A DNA stretch of 64,000 bases from Eledone cirrhosa (lineage: Eukaryota): assembly GCA_964016885.1 (NCBI GenBank), contig OZ024741.1, positions 336,784,001 to 336,848,000 of the forward strand, written 5' to 3'. This document shows positions 42,086 to 53,656 of this stretch, piece by piece; the stretch's first letter is position 1; each line of letters opens with the position of its first letter. Under the pieces are notes generated by a model. The model worked only from the letters and a program-made list of their open reading frames with translations. It was not told the origin of the DNA and searched no databases. The translations under genes were made by a program, and so were the position numbers.

Positions 42086-42731
42086 GTTATTAGTACAGCT
42101 ATTATATGTTATCTCGACAATCTGTAGTTAGGTAACGGTTCTTCTTCAATTAAAATCTATCTGTCTTCATGTCTCATGTCTCATGCCTCATGTCTCATGC
42201 CTCATATCTTTCCATATTATAAAGATCGTTCGCTAATTTCAGAAAGTCTACTAAAAACGACATGTAAAGGAAAAGAGAAAGCAAAAATAATATTTCTTCA
42301 AAATATTTTTTCCCTTTCCCTTCTTTTGTCTTTTGATTCTTTGGAAAATCATCATGGATTTCTTTGTTGTTGGCTAACACCATTCTTCTTAACAATATAT
42401 CGCCTTAAAACAACAAAACAAAATAATAAAAAAAAAAAAACACTGTTTATAATTTAAAGCTAAGTTTTAAGAATGAAATATGTCCAGTGATAGAGCATCA
42501 GGTTTTTTTAAATTTTCCTTTTTTTTGTGTGAGTGTTGTGGAGGATTACATTTTGAGATAAATATAAATTTTGAATAATCCCATTGACTTATAAAATTTG
42601 GTTTTGCTATATATATATTTATATATCTACACGTACACACACCTTTCTCTATACCCACTCTGATTCTTCCCATGCATAGAGTACTCTCCTGATTTGTGTT
42701 CTCCCCAGTCTCTGCACCACAGACTTTATAT

Positions 42732-42763
<32 letters not shown>

Positions 42764-43382
42764 GTATATATATACACATTCATATACACTCCCACCTGTA
42801 TGTCCAATTTAGAATAGGTACCCTGCATGCAACTAAAAAGGTTGGTGTCAAGAAATGTATCAGACTGTGAAATATTACCTCGAAACCTCCTATCAAACCC
42901 ATGCCAGCATGGAAAAGTCGACATAAAAATGATGGTGATGCTGATGATAATCATACACACATGCTTATATATCCATACATATATACACACATATATAGCT
43001 TTATAGAATTTCGCTGTAAAGTTGACAGTCGTTCATAGTTTGTGATAAAATATGTTTAACCATATCACCTGCTCATATCTAACTGAGACTATAATCCTAA
43101 TAAAGTCTTCATTTTATTTCTTGAAATAGATCAAATAACTTTACGTAGATATAGCTTTCTCTCCATCTTTATCAATCTATAGCTATAGATTAGGTCTTTT
43201 ATGAATGTTTGTTGACTCTGAAGTCCAGTCCTATATATGATATTTTTCACATAAGCGCCTGTCCTCATAGTTAGTGTGTCAGAATCAATATCATATAATG
43301 TATAAAGACAACATAGGTTTGATTTGTGGACCAAGCACTGCATTGTGTACTGGAGAATGACACTTCATTTTGTGTTGCTTTT

Positions 43383-44137
43383 CATGATAGGACTGGAACT
43401 CCTATCATTAAAACACCCAAGAAACCTTCTATGAATGCATCCTTATATTCTCATAGGAGTAGTCCAACTAAGCTTAGATAGGTGTGAGCTGTAACAATAC
43501 TATAGGACTGGGGTTCATGTCATTGAGACACCCAAGAAAACTCCTAGGAAATACAACTTGGTAAGAGGTTAGCTAAACCTACATATAGGGGTGAGCTGTA
43601 ACAGCATGATAGGACTGGAGTCCCTATTATTGCAACGCTCAAGAAACCACCTGTGAATGCATCATTTTATCCTTGTAGGAGGCCAGCTAAAACTACATAG
43701 GTGCGAGTTGTAATAACAACATGATAGGACAAGGGACCTATCATTGAAACACCCAAAAACCCTCCTATGAGATACAACCTTGTTGGAGGCCTGCTACACC
43801 TAGATAGGTATGAGCCATAACAACATGATCGGAGTGGGGCTCCACTCATTAAAGAAACCAAGATGCCTCTAATGAGATACAACTTGGTAGAAGGCAAGCT
43901 AAACCTGCACATAGGTGTGAACTGTAATAAGAACGTGATAGAACTGGGGACTCTATCATTGAAACACACAACCCTCCTTTGAGATATACCTTTGTAGGGG
44001 ACCAGCTAAGCCTACATATGTGTGAGCTCTAACAACATGATAGGACTGGCTCCCCTTTCATTAAATCACACAAAAAGCCATCTATGAGATACAACCTCAT
44101 AGGCGGCTAGCAAAACTTGTATATAGGTGTGAGCCGT
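43383..44137. repeat. About 105-115-bp tandem repeat, about 7 units
   Basis: gataggactgg..tatcattgaaacacccaag..gctaaacctacataggtgtgagctgtaac recurs at about 43387, 43502, 43608, 43723, 43828, 43938 and 44040. Confidence 0.9.
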
Positions 44138-44219
44138 GAATTTCATTTCCTTCCATTTCTTTAACATTTTACTGTTTTTAAACAGAGTCCATTCAACTAG
44201 GGGTGTATTGAGCTACTGA

Positions 44220-46097
44220 TTAAACAGTCTTGGTCTTTGTAAGAGACATGTCATTAGGAAATGTCTTGGTCTTTGTTAAGGACCTGTTATTAAACAGTGT
44301 CTTGGTCTTTGTTAGAGACCTGTCATTAAACAGTGTCTTGGTCTTTGTTAGGGACCTGTTATTAAACAGTGTCTTGGTCTTTGTTAGGGACCTGTTATTA
44401 AACAGTGTCTTGGTCTTTGTTAGGGATCTGTTATTAAACAGTGTCTTGCTCTTTGTTAGGGATCTGTCATCAAACAGTGTCTTGGTCTTTGTTAGGGACC
44501 TGTCATCAAACAGTGTCTTTGTCTTTGTTATGGACCTGTTATTAAACAGTGTCTTGGTCTTTGTTAGGGATCTGTCATCAAACAGTGTCTTAGTCTTTGT
44601 TAGGGACCTGTTATTAAACAGTGTCTTGGTTTGTGTTAAGGATCTGTCATTAAACAGTGTCTTAGTCTTTGTTATGGACGTGTTATTAAACAGTGTCTTG
44701 GTCTTTGTTAGGGATCTGTCATCAAACAGTGTCTTAGTCTTTGTTAGGGACCTGTTATTAAACAATGTCTTGGTTTGTGTTAAGGACCTGTCATTAAACA
44801 GTGTCCTGGTCTTTGTTAGGGACCTGTTATTAAACAGTGTCTTCATCTTTCTTAGGGACCTGTCATTAAACAGTATCTTGTTCTTTTTTAGGGGGCTGTC
44901 ATTAGATAGTGTCTTTGTGTTTGTTAGGGACCTGTCATTAAACAGTGTTTTGATCTTTGTTAAGGACCTGCTGTTAGGTCTTTATTAGGGACCTGTTATT
45001 AAACAGCATGTTGGTCTTTGTTAGGGACCTGTCATGAATCAGACGTGGTCTTTGTTAGGGACCTGTCATTAATCAGTTTTGGTCTTTAAGGACCTTTTAT
45101 TAAATAGTCTTGGTCTTTGTTAGGGATCTGTTATTAAATAGTGTATTAGCCTTTGTTAGAGGCACTGCCCTTAGACAGTGTTGTGGTCTTTGTTAAGGTC
45201 TTGTCATTAATCAGTTGTTGTCTTTGTTAGGGACTTGTCATTACACAGTGTCTTGTTCTTTGTTAAGGACCTGTCATTTAACATTGACTTGGTCTTTGTT
45301 AGGGACCTGCTATTGAACAGTCTTGTTAGGGGCCTGTCATTAAACAATCTCGACCATTGTTAGAGACCTGCCATAAGACAGTGTCTTGGTCTTCATTAGG
45401 AACCTGTTGTTTGACAGTGTTTTTAGGGGCCTGTCATTAAACATTGACGTGGTCTTTTTAGGGACCTGTCATTAAACATTGACTCGGTCTTTGTTAGGGA
45501 CAAATTAAACAACCTTGGTCTTTGTTAGGGACCTGTCATTACACAGTGTCTTGGTTTTTGTTAGGGACCTCTCATTAAACAGTCTTGTTCTTTGTTAGCG
45601 ACCTGTCATTAGACAGTTTCTAGTCTTTGTTAGATACCTTTTATTGAAGAGTGTCTTGGCCTTTGTTAGGGACCTGCCATTACACATTGTTTTGGTCCTT
45701 GTTAGGGACCTGTTATTAAACAGTCTTGATCTTTATTAGGGAGCTGTAATTGGACAGTCTTCATATTTGTTAGAGACCATTCCATTAAAGAGTCTTGGAC
45801 TTTGTTAGGGACCTGTTATTAAATAGTCTCTTTGTCTTTGTTAGAGGCACTGCCCATAGACAGTGTCTTGACCTTTTTTAGGGACCTGTCATTAATCAGT
45901 CTTGGTCTTTGTTAGGGACCAGCCATTACACCGTGTCTTGGTCATTTTAGGGACCTGTTTTGGTTATTGTTGGGAGCCTGTCATTAAACAGTGTCTTGTT
46001 CACTGTTAGAGACCTGTTATTAAACAGTGTTATTCATTGTTAGGGATCTCTCATTAGACAGTGTCTTCTTCTTTGTTAGGGACCTGTTATTAAACAA
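44220..46097. repeat. 36-bp minisatellite, roughly 50 copies
   Basis: Unit taaacagtgtcttggtctttgttagggacctgt(t/c)at. The array is homogeneous to about 44950 and increasingly indel-ridden afterwards. Confidence 0.97.
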
Positions 46098-47991
46098 CTA
46101 TTTAACACAACCTTATTCAGAAAATAATTAATGATTTTATAACAGAACCAAATTATTAATTCTTTAAAAATACTTCTTAACCATTCAACAAATTTTCAGA
46201 TCATTAACCTCTTTATTGATTGATCCGTATTGATTACTTTTATTGTTTATTGTCCATTCTTGTAGGGGTGTTTAGGGTGGGTGAGGAGAGGGGTTTTGTA
46301 AATGTTCAAATTCTACATCTTGTTCAAAGAAATAGTTTTACAGTCAGGCTCCCTTCTCATAACTGAATACTCAGCAACAAAATGGATGCGTATCCTGTTG
46401 TGTTGTAGTTGTTATTGTTGTTCTTGCTGTTGTTGTTGCTATTGCTGTTATTCTTGCTGTCACTGTTGGTATTATTGTTATTGTTGTTACTGCTGTTGCT
46501 GGAATTATGCTGGCTGCTGTTGCTGTTGTTGCTGCTGTTGTTGCTGTTCCTGTTGCTGTTCCTGTTGTTGCTACTGCTGTTATTGCTGTTCTTGTTGTTC
46601 CTAATGTTATTACTGTTGTTGATCTTGTTGCTGTTGTAATTAGTTGTTGCTGCTGATGTTGCTGTTGTTGCTGTTGTTGAAGTTGTTTATCTCTAAGTCA
46701 AATTTCTCTCAGTATAAACAAATGTATTGGAGTTATCAGTGTCCACTCCCATATGTTTTCTCAGCCATTGTCATTAGACATCTAGGATTACATTAGACAA
46801 ATTCTCTCTCTCTCTCTCTTCTTAACATAGTAAGGTATAATTTAAATTAAATTTGGCTGCCATTTCTAGCAGGTCTAGTGATCCCATAGTGATCCGCCTC
46901 CCCTTTGTCCTCTCATTTTTTTATACAGGATCTGTTAGCCAGATAGATACACACAGACAAGCTGGATAAGGTTTGACAACATGAGCATGGGAACTAATAT
47001 GTTTCTTGCTTTTCAAAACATAATCAATAATTTAACCCATTCTAGTAAAACATTTTCACAATTAAGAGGCAAAATTTTATCGTTTGCCACTCTTGGTGGA
47101 GTTGTAGGGCTGCCATAGTGACATGCAACTTATGTGGACATTTTTAAACCTGCTCCAGGTCTGGGCAAAGCCAATTTCTTCCAGAGAAGGAGAGAGTGTG
47201 AGTGGAAGTAAATAAAAGATATAGAGGAAGAATCGATCTCAGTAATGAATTAGTACATTTTTTATCAACATCAAATGGATGAAAGATAAAGTTGACTTGA
47301 CCATAGCAGCATTTGAACTGACAGTACAGAAAGCTAGAACAAATACCCTCACTTTACCCTATTTTGTTGGTGGTAGTTAATTCTGTAGCTTAATTTTGTT
47401 TTTATGGAACATTTTTTCTTCAACTGCCTTTTAACATCACCCATACTTTCATTCATCAGAGTTACATAGAATTATATATTTGAATCATGAATATGTTACA
47501 AGTTGTTTATCTCTAAGTCAAATTTCTCTCAGTATAAACAAATGTATTGGAGTTATCAGTGTCCACTCCCATATGTTTTCTCAGCCATTGTCATTAGACA
47601 TGTCACTTCCAACCAGCCACTCCTGTCTCACACACCTCTCCTCCTCACATCAACCATGTTATATCAACAAACCTATAAGTTCTTTCTGCCCCCCCCCCCC
47701 CCCCCCAACTTCGACTGTCTGGAATTCCTACTCTGTTTATGTCTTTCCCAAAACAGAACAGTAACATCAACCTCTTTGGTCTCATCAGTGGGCTTGTGAA
47801 AGCCATAAGCACAGCCTCTTCCGCCAGACATACCAAGTAAAAAAAACAAAACGTTTTAAATAAAAAGGAAATTCTTAAAAACAAATAAAAGATACATGTT
47901 TCTAGGTTGACCTTAAAACATATCACAGTTTCTGTAATAGAATATAACTATTTAAAGCAATATTTTATATAGAGTCATGTCATTAATAGTA

Positions 47992-48273
47992 GAGGCATGT
48001 TGCCTAGTGGTAAGGGCGTTGGACTTATGATCATAATGTCGTGGGTTTGATTCCTGGGTTGTGTGTTGTGTTCTTGAGCAAAACACTTCATTTCACGTTG
48101 CACCAGTATACTCAGCTGAAACTAAGTACCAGCAATAGCTGGAGGTTTAATCCTGTGAAGGACTGGCGTCCTGTCCAGGGGAGAGTCTTATACTCTCAGT
48201 CGCTTCACGCCATGAAACAGGGATAAGCACCAGCCAAATGAGCCTTCTGGCTTAAGACAGACTTTAGACTTTT
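47992..48273 (+). mobile_element. tRNA-derived CORE-like SINE, full length
   Basis: A box tgcctagtggtaagg, B box ggtttgattcc, core gttgtgttcttgagcaaaacacttc, then ggactggcgtcctgtccagggg and an (agacttt) tail. Confidence 0.85.
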
Positions 48274-48519
48274 ACTGTTGTTAATACAAAGCATTGTGAG
48301 ATATGTAGTAAAAAATTGATAAGTTTTATATATTTTAAAGCTGGTAAAATGATGATATTTTCCCTTCGTATTTTTCTACCCCATTGTACCAGCTTTAAAA
48401 AAAGATAAAAACATGATTCATCTATTACTAAATATTTCATATAGTTTTGTGCGTGAATGTGTGTCTATGTCAACATTATTAATCTTTTTGTCTGAAGACT
48501 GCCACCATATTCCTGCTAT

Positions 48520-48785
48520 TACGTGTTGTCCACCTCATGGTCCAGGCTGACAGGATAGAGGTGAGAGTGCCCCAGAGGATAGTGAGGGAGACACACAGGA
48601 ACAACCACTCCACCTTCTGGTCCCAGCCAACAGGATGGAGGAGACATTACCTCAGAGAATGGCAAGGGAGATTACTGGGACTCAAACTATTAGGCAGCCA
48701 ACACCGCTCCGATAGCAGGGAGCAGGGATGTGGTTCAGAGGAGGCCAGGAATGCCAGAAGTCTCCATTGCAACAGGCTCATCATC
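48520..48785 (-). mobile_element. Second CRE-like RLE 3' fragment with an internal duplication
   Basis: Minus strand reads EPVAMETSGIPG..PAIG..ISLAIL*GNVSSIL..EWLFLCVSLTILWG. It shares tctccctcactatcctctgggg with 50531-50552. Confidence 0.7.
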
Positions 48786-48970
48786 TTTATTATTAAATGA
48801 AAATTAAATTGACCCTTAATTACAATTTAATAATTGAAGGTGATTTCTTTAAATTTTTTTTTAATGATTTCTTTGTCTTGATCTGAACAGTATTGATTTA
48901 ATCAGAGTTAACTTTTGGAGAGTTATCCATTGCATGTAATGCTTTGTTCTAAATAACATTATCCAAAAAG

Positions 48971-49248
48971 TCTAAAGTCTGTCACGAGCCTGGAGGTTCA
49001 TCAGACTGATGCTTATCCTGTTTTCCGTAGTGTGAAGTGCCTGAGAATACAAGACTTTTCCCTGGACAGGATGCCAGTCCATCACAGAGTTAAGCCTCCA
49101 TCTATTGCTGCTGGTATTCATTTTCAGTTGAGTATACTGGAGCAATATGAAATGAAGTGTTTTGGTCAAGAACACAACACCCAAACCTGTCCAGGCATCG
49201 AACCCACAACATTATGATTGTAAATCCAACACTAGGCCATGCCCCTCC
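48971..49248 (-). mobile_element. Same CORE-like SINE in the opposite orientation (others at 22397-22780 - and 61432-61800 -, both with a duplicated 3' module, and a head at 5078-5205 +)
   Basis: Reverse complement of 47992-48273. Confidence 0.85.
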
Positions 49249-49743
49249 AAATAATATGGTGCTCTTAAATTCTTCAATTCAAAATTACTTTATTTTTCAT
49301 TTCTAATCCTTATCTTTTCTGTGTTATATTATCTTGACTCTGGGATTGAAATAGTTAATGGTTGTTTTAAAGTGTTTATATCTACCTAAACTTTTTGTCA
49401 TAATTTTATGGAATAACTTTTGTTAAGTTATGCTCCACCTACCAGCTAAGTAATGAGAAGTTTATTAATATTACTCAATCCTTTAAAATTCTTGATTATT
49501 TTCAAAGTGATTTCAAAATAAGTGGTAGGGAGATTTTCATTAGAAATATGGTAAGGAAAAAGTTAATAGAAATATCCATTTATAAAGAATTAGATTATTG
49601 CTGTAAATTTGGTTATTTTAATACATTTGATAATAATCCATATATGGTATATGATGTAGATATGATATGAAGTATATGTATATTTTAATATTTTAACTTT
49701 TTATTTTTTACATGATTTATTGAGATCATGAAAGGCAGTGCTC

Positions 49744-50061
49744 GTGACCTATTTCAGTGACCTCCATGACCTATTTCAGGGACCCATGACCTATTTCAGG
49801 GACCCTATGGCCTATTTCAGGGACCTGTGACCTACTTCAGTGACCCCAATGACCTGCTTCAATTACCACATGACTCCATGGTCCATTTCAGAGATCCATG
49901 AACCATTTCAGTGACCCCCATGATCCAATTCAATCACATCCTGACCTATATCAGTGGCCCCATGACCTACTTAAGTGACCTACTTCAATGACCACGTGAC
50001 CCATTTCAGCGAACCCATGACCCATTTCAGAGATCCATGAATCATTTCAGTGACCCCATAA
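49744..50061. repeat. About 19-21-bp minisatellite
   Basis: Variants of catgacctatttcag(t/g)gaccc in tandem. Confidence 0.9.
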
Positions 50062-50367
50062 CTGGTGGAAGAAAGGAAGGAAGTAATCCATAGACAGGAG
50101 ATAGAACCTTTAATAATTGCAACAGAGTGTACTTTGCTAAAGATGCCCAAGTGCAGTGGGGCGCGGGGGGGGGGGGGGTAATGTTAAACAAGGTGATGGA
50201 TTAGAGTTCACAAACGAAGAATAGGAATGGTACCCATTCCATCTGATAGGCTTCCACACAGTTTCTGACTACTAAATTCCATTCACAAGGCTTCACTCAA
50301 ATTAAGGCTGTGGTAGGAGAGACAAGCCGAAAGGGCTGTACAATAAGATTACAAATCAAAGTTAATC

Positions 50368-50601
50368 TTGAAGTATCAGTCACTTTCTGATAGGTTTAAC
50401 ATTGGACCTATAGTGGTGGGGACTTTTGGTGTTCTTAGTCCCCAAACCACCTTCCTACCTGCAGCTATTGTGATGGAGTTGATTACTCACATAAGTGAGC
50501 CTCAGGAGTTGGAGTGGCAATTTCAATGCATCTCCCTCACTATCCTCTGGGGTAACGCTCTCTATATTCAGTATTCAGTATTCAGTTCACTGGGACCATG
50601 A
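50368..50601 (+). mobile_element. CRE-like non-LTR retrotransposon, restriction-like endonuclease C-terminal fragment
   Basis: KYQSLSDRF..PIVVGTFGVLSP..EPQELEWQFQCISLTILWGNA fits the RLE pattern KY..P.AVET.G..G..QRIS.AI.RGNA. Confidence 0.7.
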
Positions 50602-50911
50602 GACAGCATGCATCTAGGGTTCTGTATGTCAAAGAATGTTCTCCCACATTATTCAAACATATACCTCTCAAGAATACTGCAGATAAAATGATATTAAACT
50701 CTAGACTGATTGAATATATTTGGTGTTCAGATGTGTGTTGCATGCTAAATGAACTTCTTAACTGCACAGCCAATATATTATATGCAACTAAATTTAATGA
50801 CTACAAGTTTGTTAGGTACAAAAATCCCTTGATAGTGAAAATAAATTTGCATATCTTATTTAGATACAATTTTACATTGATAAACACTAAAAATTGTACC
50901 TTCTTTTTTCT

Positions 50912-51245
50912 TCTTCGTCGTTGCCCACTTATTCCTAGGAGGGTGATGGGGGCAGAGTCCTCAAGCATACCTTCCAGCAGGTCCTATCAAAAGCGAGTGT
51001 CTCCAGTTGATCTGGCTGGATCCCTAAGCGAGATCAGCTGAGCTCATGGATATTATCCAATTATCTTGCTTGGAGTTAACTCCTGGGTCTCCTGCCAATT
51101 GGTTTTGCCCATAAAATTTGCCTAGCAATTCTTTCATAAGACATTCTAACCACATGTATGTCTGTAATATCAGAGCTGTGATCTCTTGATTTAGAAAAGT
51201 AGCAGTTCTACCTAGAGTATTCTCTGATCTAATCACTCTATCAAG
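50912..51245 (-). mobile_element. 3' fragment of a different RTE-type LINE
   Basis: HVVRMSYERIARQILWAKPIGRRPR..RLGIQP..DRTCW..LPPSP followed by a (GAA)-type tail. Confidence 0.65.
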
Positions 51246-51404
51246 AAATGTTACTCTAATGACCCTTCAGAGGAACCCCTAACCACAAAAATAATGCATG
51301 TTATTATCAACCCCAGTCTTTGTGTCAATATCTACTCTAGATTTTCATTAATGTTTACATTGGTCATTCTCAGATGCCATATTTTAATATATTTCCTAAA
51401 ATTA

Positions 51405-51565
51405 AAGCATGGCTGTGTGGGTAAGAAGTTTTGTTCATCATCACATAGTTTGGGTTCTATCCCACTGTGTGGCAACTTGAGGCAAGTGTCTTCTACTGTA
51501 GCCTCAAGCTGACCAATGGTGTGTGAGTGAATTTGATAGACAGATACTGTAAGGAAGCCTCTCAT
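51405..51565 (+). mobile_element. tRNA-derived SINE of a further family (possibly Ceph-type); decayed minus copy at about 50240-50350
   Basis: gcatggctgtgtgggtaagaag..ggttctatccc..ggcaagtgtcttctactgtagcctc..gtgagtgaatttgatagac. Confidence 0.65.
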
Positions 51566-53656
51566 ATATATGTGTGTGTGTACATACATCTGTATATGTA
51601 TGAGAGAGTGTGTATATGCGTATGTTTCTGTGTCTCTTCTCTTCATTTCACATTCAGAATCTCTAGCACAATCAATGATATGTTTACATTTTGCATAAAC
51701 AAAGGTCTTACTGTCCAGTGGCTAGACATGTGAAGGTATGTAACTTACTTAATAAACAAGTGTGGCCTTACATCAAGAAAGGCATCTGACCAGTAGCTAG
51801 ACATATGAAGAACATCTACCTCACAAAATTTCATCCAACCCATGCCAGCATGGATAGACAACACCCCTCTATATACACTTTATGGAATGGACCTTCATTG
51901 GTTTCAATTATGAGTGTCCCACTTGTTAGATCAATGGCACAACCTGCTCCTAAAAGTAGCATGTAAGTGTCTGAGCATTTTACAGACATGTTGACCCTTA
52001 ACATAGTCCTCAGGGAGATTCAGTGTGTCACAATGTGTGATGGACTTCCAAAAGGTATGGGTTGACATGAGGCTATGGTAAGTAACACTTGTCTAGGACC
52101 TAATTAGTGTAAAGTATGGTGGTCATGAATGTAATGACACTGATCATAGCTCTTCTCACTCAATGTTCGTGAGAGAGACTAAACAAAAACGCTAGCATGG
52201 GTTAGACAAGTTGTCCCATTGTGAGACAAACCAGATCAACTGTCTTGTTCATGCAGAACTGTTTCTGGCTTGGTTTCTATGGCTGGGTGCCTTTTATCAA
52301 AGCACCAAAATGATCCACTCACTGGGTGGACTGAGTACTTTTTTATCATGACATCAGCATGACCACCTTACAGGGTGGACCAGGTTCTTTTTCTCATGTC
52401 ATCAACATGATCACCTTACAGAGTGGACTGGGGGACTGGGTGTTTTTTTCCATGTCACCAACATGGATTGGCAGTATCGGTAGAGGGTCTGACACCATGT
52501 TGTGCAGCAAAGAGTTACGGTCCTTTATGGTCTAAGCTCAAATCCCGCCGAAGTTAACTTTGTCTTTTATCTTTATGGGGTCGATAAAATAAAGTACCAG
52601 TAATACACTAGGATAATTTCTGGCCTTGTGCCAAAAGTAGAAACAATTATTCACCTGTCTACAGTAGGACAGATATGAATATCCCAACAAAATAAATTGA
52701 AAACATGAACTAATTGAACCCCAATCCTCACCTTATATACATATAAGATGGAGTAAACAAGCTGAAACTTCAAAGTAACTGCCTCTTTTCTACATAGAAA
52801 ATAAATTTCTACACCCTACCCACCAGTATTGAGTGATCAACCAGTTAATATTTGAATGTTTGAATTACTATAGTATTTGAAACACACTTCTTAATATATA
52901 CAGAGAGAGAGAAAGTGGAATTGGAAATAGTACGGAAAATATATTTAAGGATCTGTTTTCCTTTTTTTCTTCTTTGATTTGTCAAAGTGAAATTATTGAA
53001 AAAATGAAAGGAACAATTCTTTAACAAAAAGGAGTTTTATAATGTATATAAAATATAACCGGTTTCGATGTATCAGTGTGAACCATCTTTCTTGTTGCAA
53101 AGACTGGGTCTAAAATGGAACCTTATATATATAGTGAGAGAGATAGTCATGGTAGTATTAGTAGAAATAGTGTTGGTAGTTATGTCTTTTCAGAGAATAA
53201 AATTATTTTAGGAATAGTCTCAATTGTGTTAAAGGATTGGTCAAGAGTTCAGATGCAGTGTGAAGGGGGGAAATGTAAGCAAGGATCAATTGCTATAGGG
53301 GAGAGAGGTAAATGAGAGAGGCAAATGGGATTGTCAAAAGAAATTCTATCTTAGGAATTTGGTTTTAGAGAATATGGGTGTGTATGTGTGAGTGTGTATA
53401 TAAAAGTATATATGTGTGTGTCATATTGTAAGTGTGAAGGGATCAAAACTAAGAGAAATATTTTGGGGACATGTATATATATATATATAAATATGGATTT
53501 AGAGAGAGACCACACTGTGTGGTTACTGATAACAAGTGTTAGAAAGTTAGGGGACACAAACAAGAGATGGATGGACATTTTTCCAACTAATGAAGGGAAA
53601 AATGTCCATCTCTTGTTTGTGTCCCCTTACTTTCTAACACTACATATACATATGTA

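Noticed and set aside
40917-42127. 360-aa Val/Met-rich, 253-aa Gly/Asp-rich and 238-aa Thr/Ile-rich ORFs (mucin- or shell-protein-like)
   Set aside because: A degenerate CAY triplet tract open in most frames, with no splice sites, signal peptide or unique domain.
44220-46097. 36-bp repeats as a CRISPR array
   Set aside because: The units are head-to-tail with no unique spacers, there are no cas genes, and the context is eukaryotic.
46302-46604. Cys-rich metallothionein- or toxin-like ORF
   Set aside because: It is a translation of a (TGT/TGC)n triplet repeat.
47992-48070. tRNA genes at SINE heads
   Set aside because: A and B boxes are present but there is no intact cloverleaf, and each head continues into a SINE body.
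48537-48800. Plus-strand ORF with a SDS..GCGSEE protocadherin-like motif
   Set aside because: The opposite strand matches the CRE-like RLE fragment, so the motif is coincidental.
53057-53095. Further hammerhead on the minus strand (..aagatg..catcGAAACCGGTT)
   Set aside because: Stem II and a palindromic stem III are present but the CUGANGA core is missing. At most it is a dead Penelope-like remnant.
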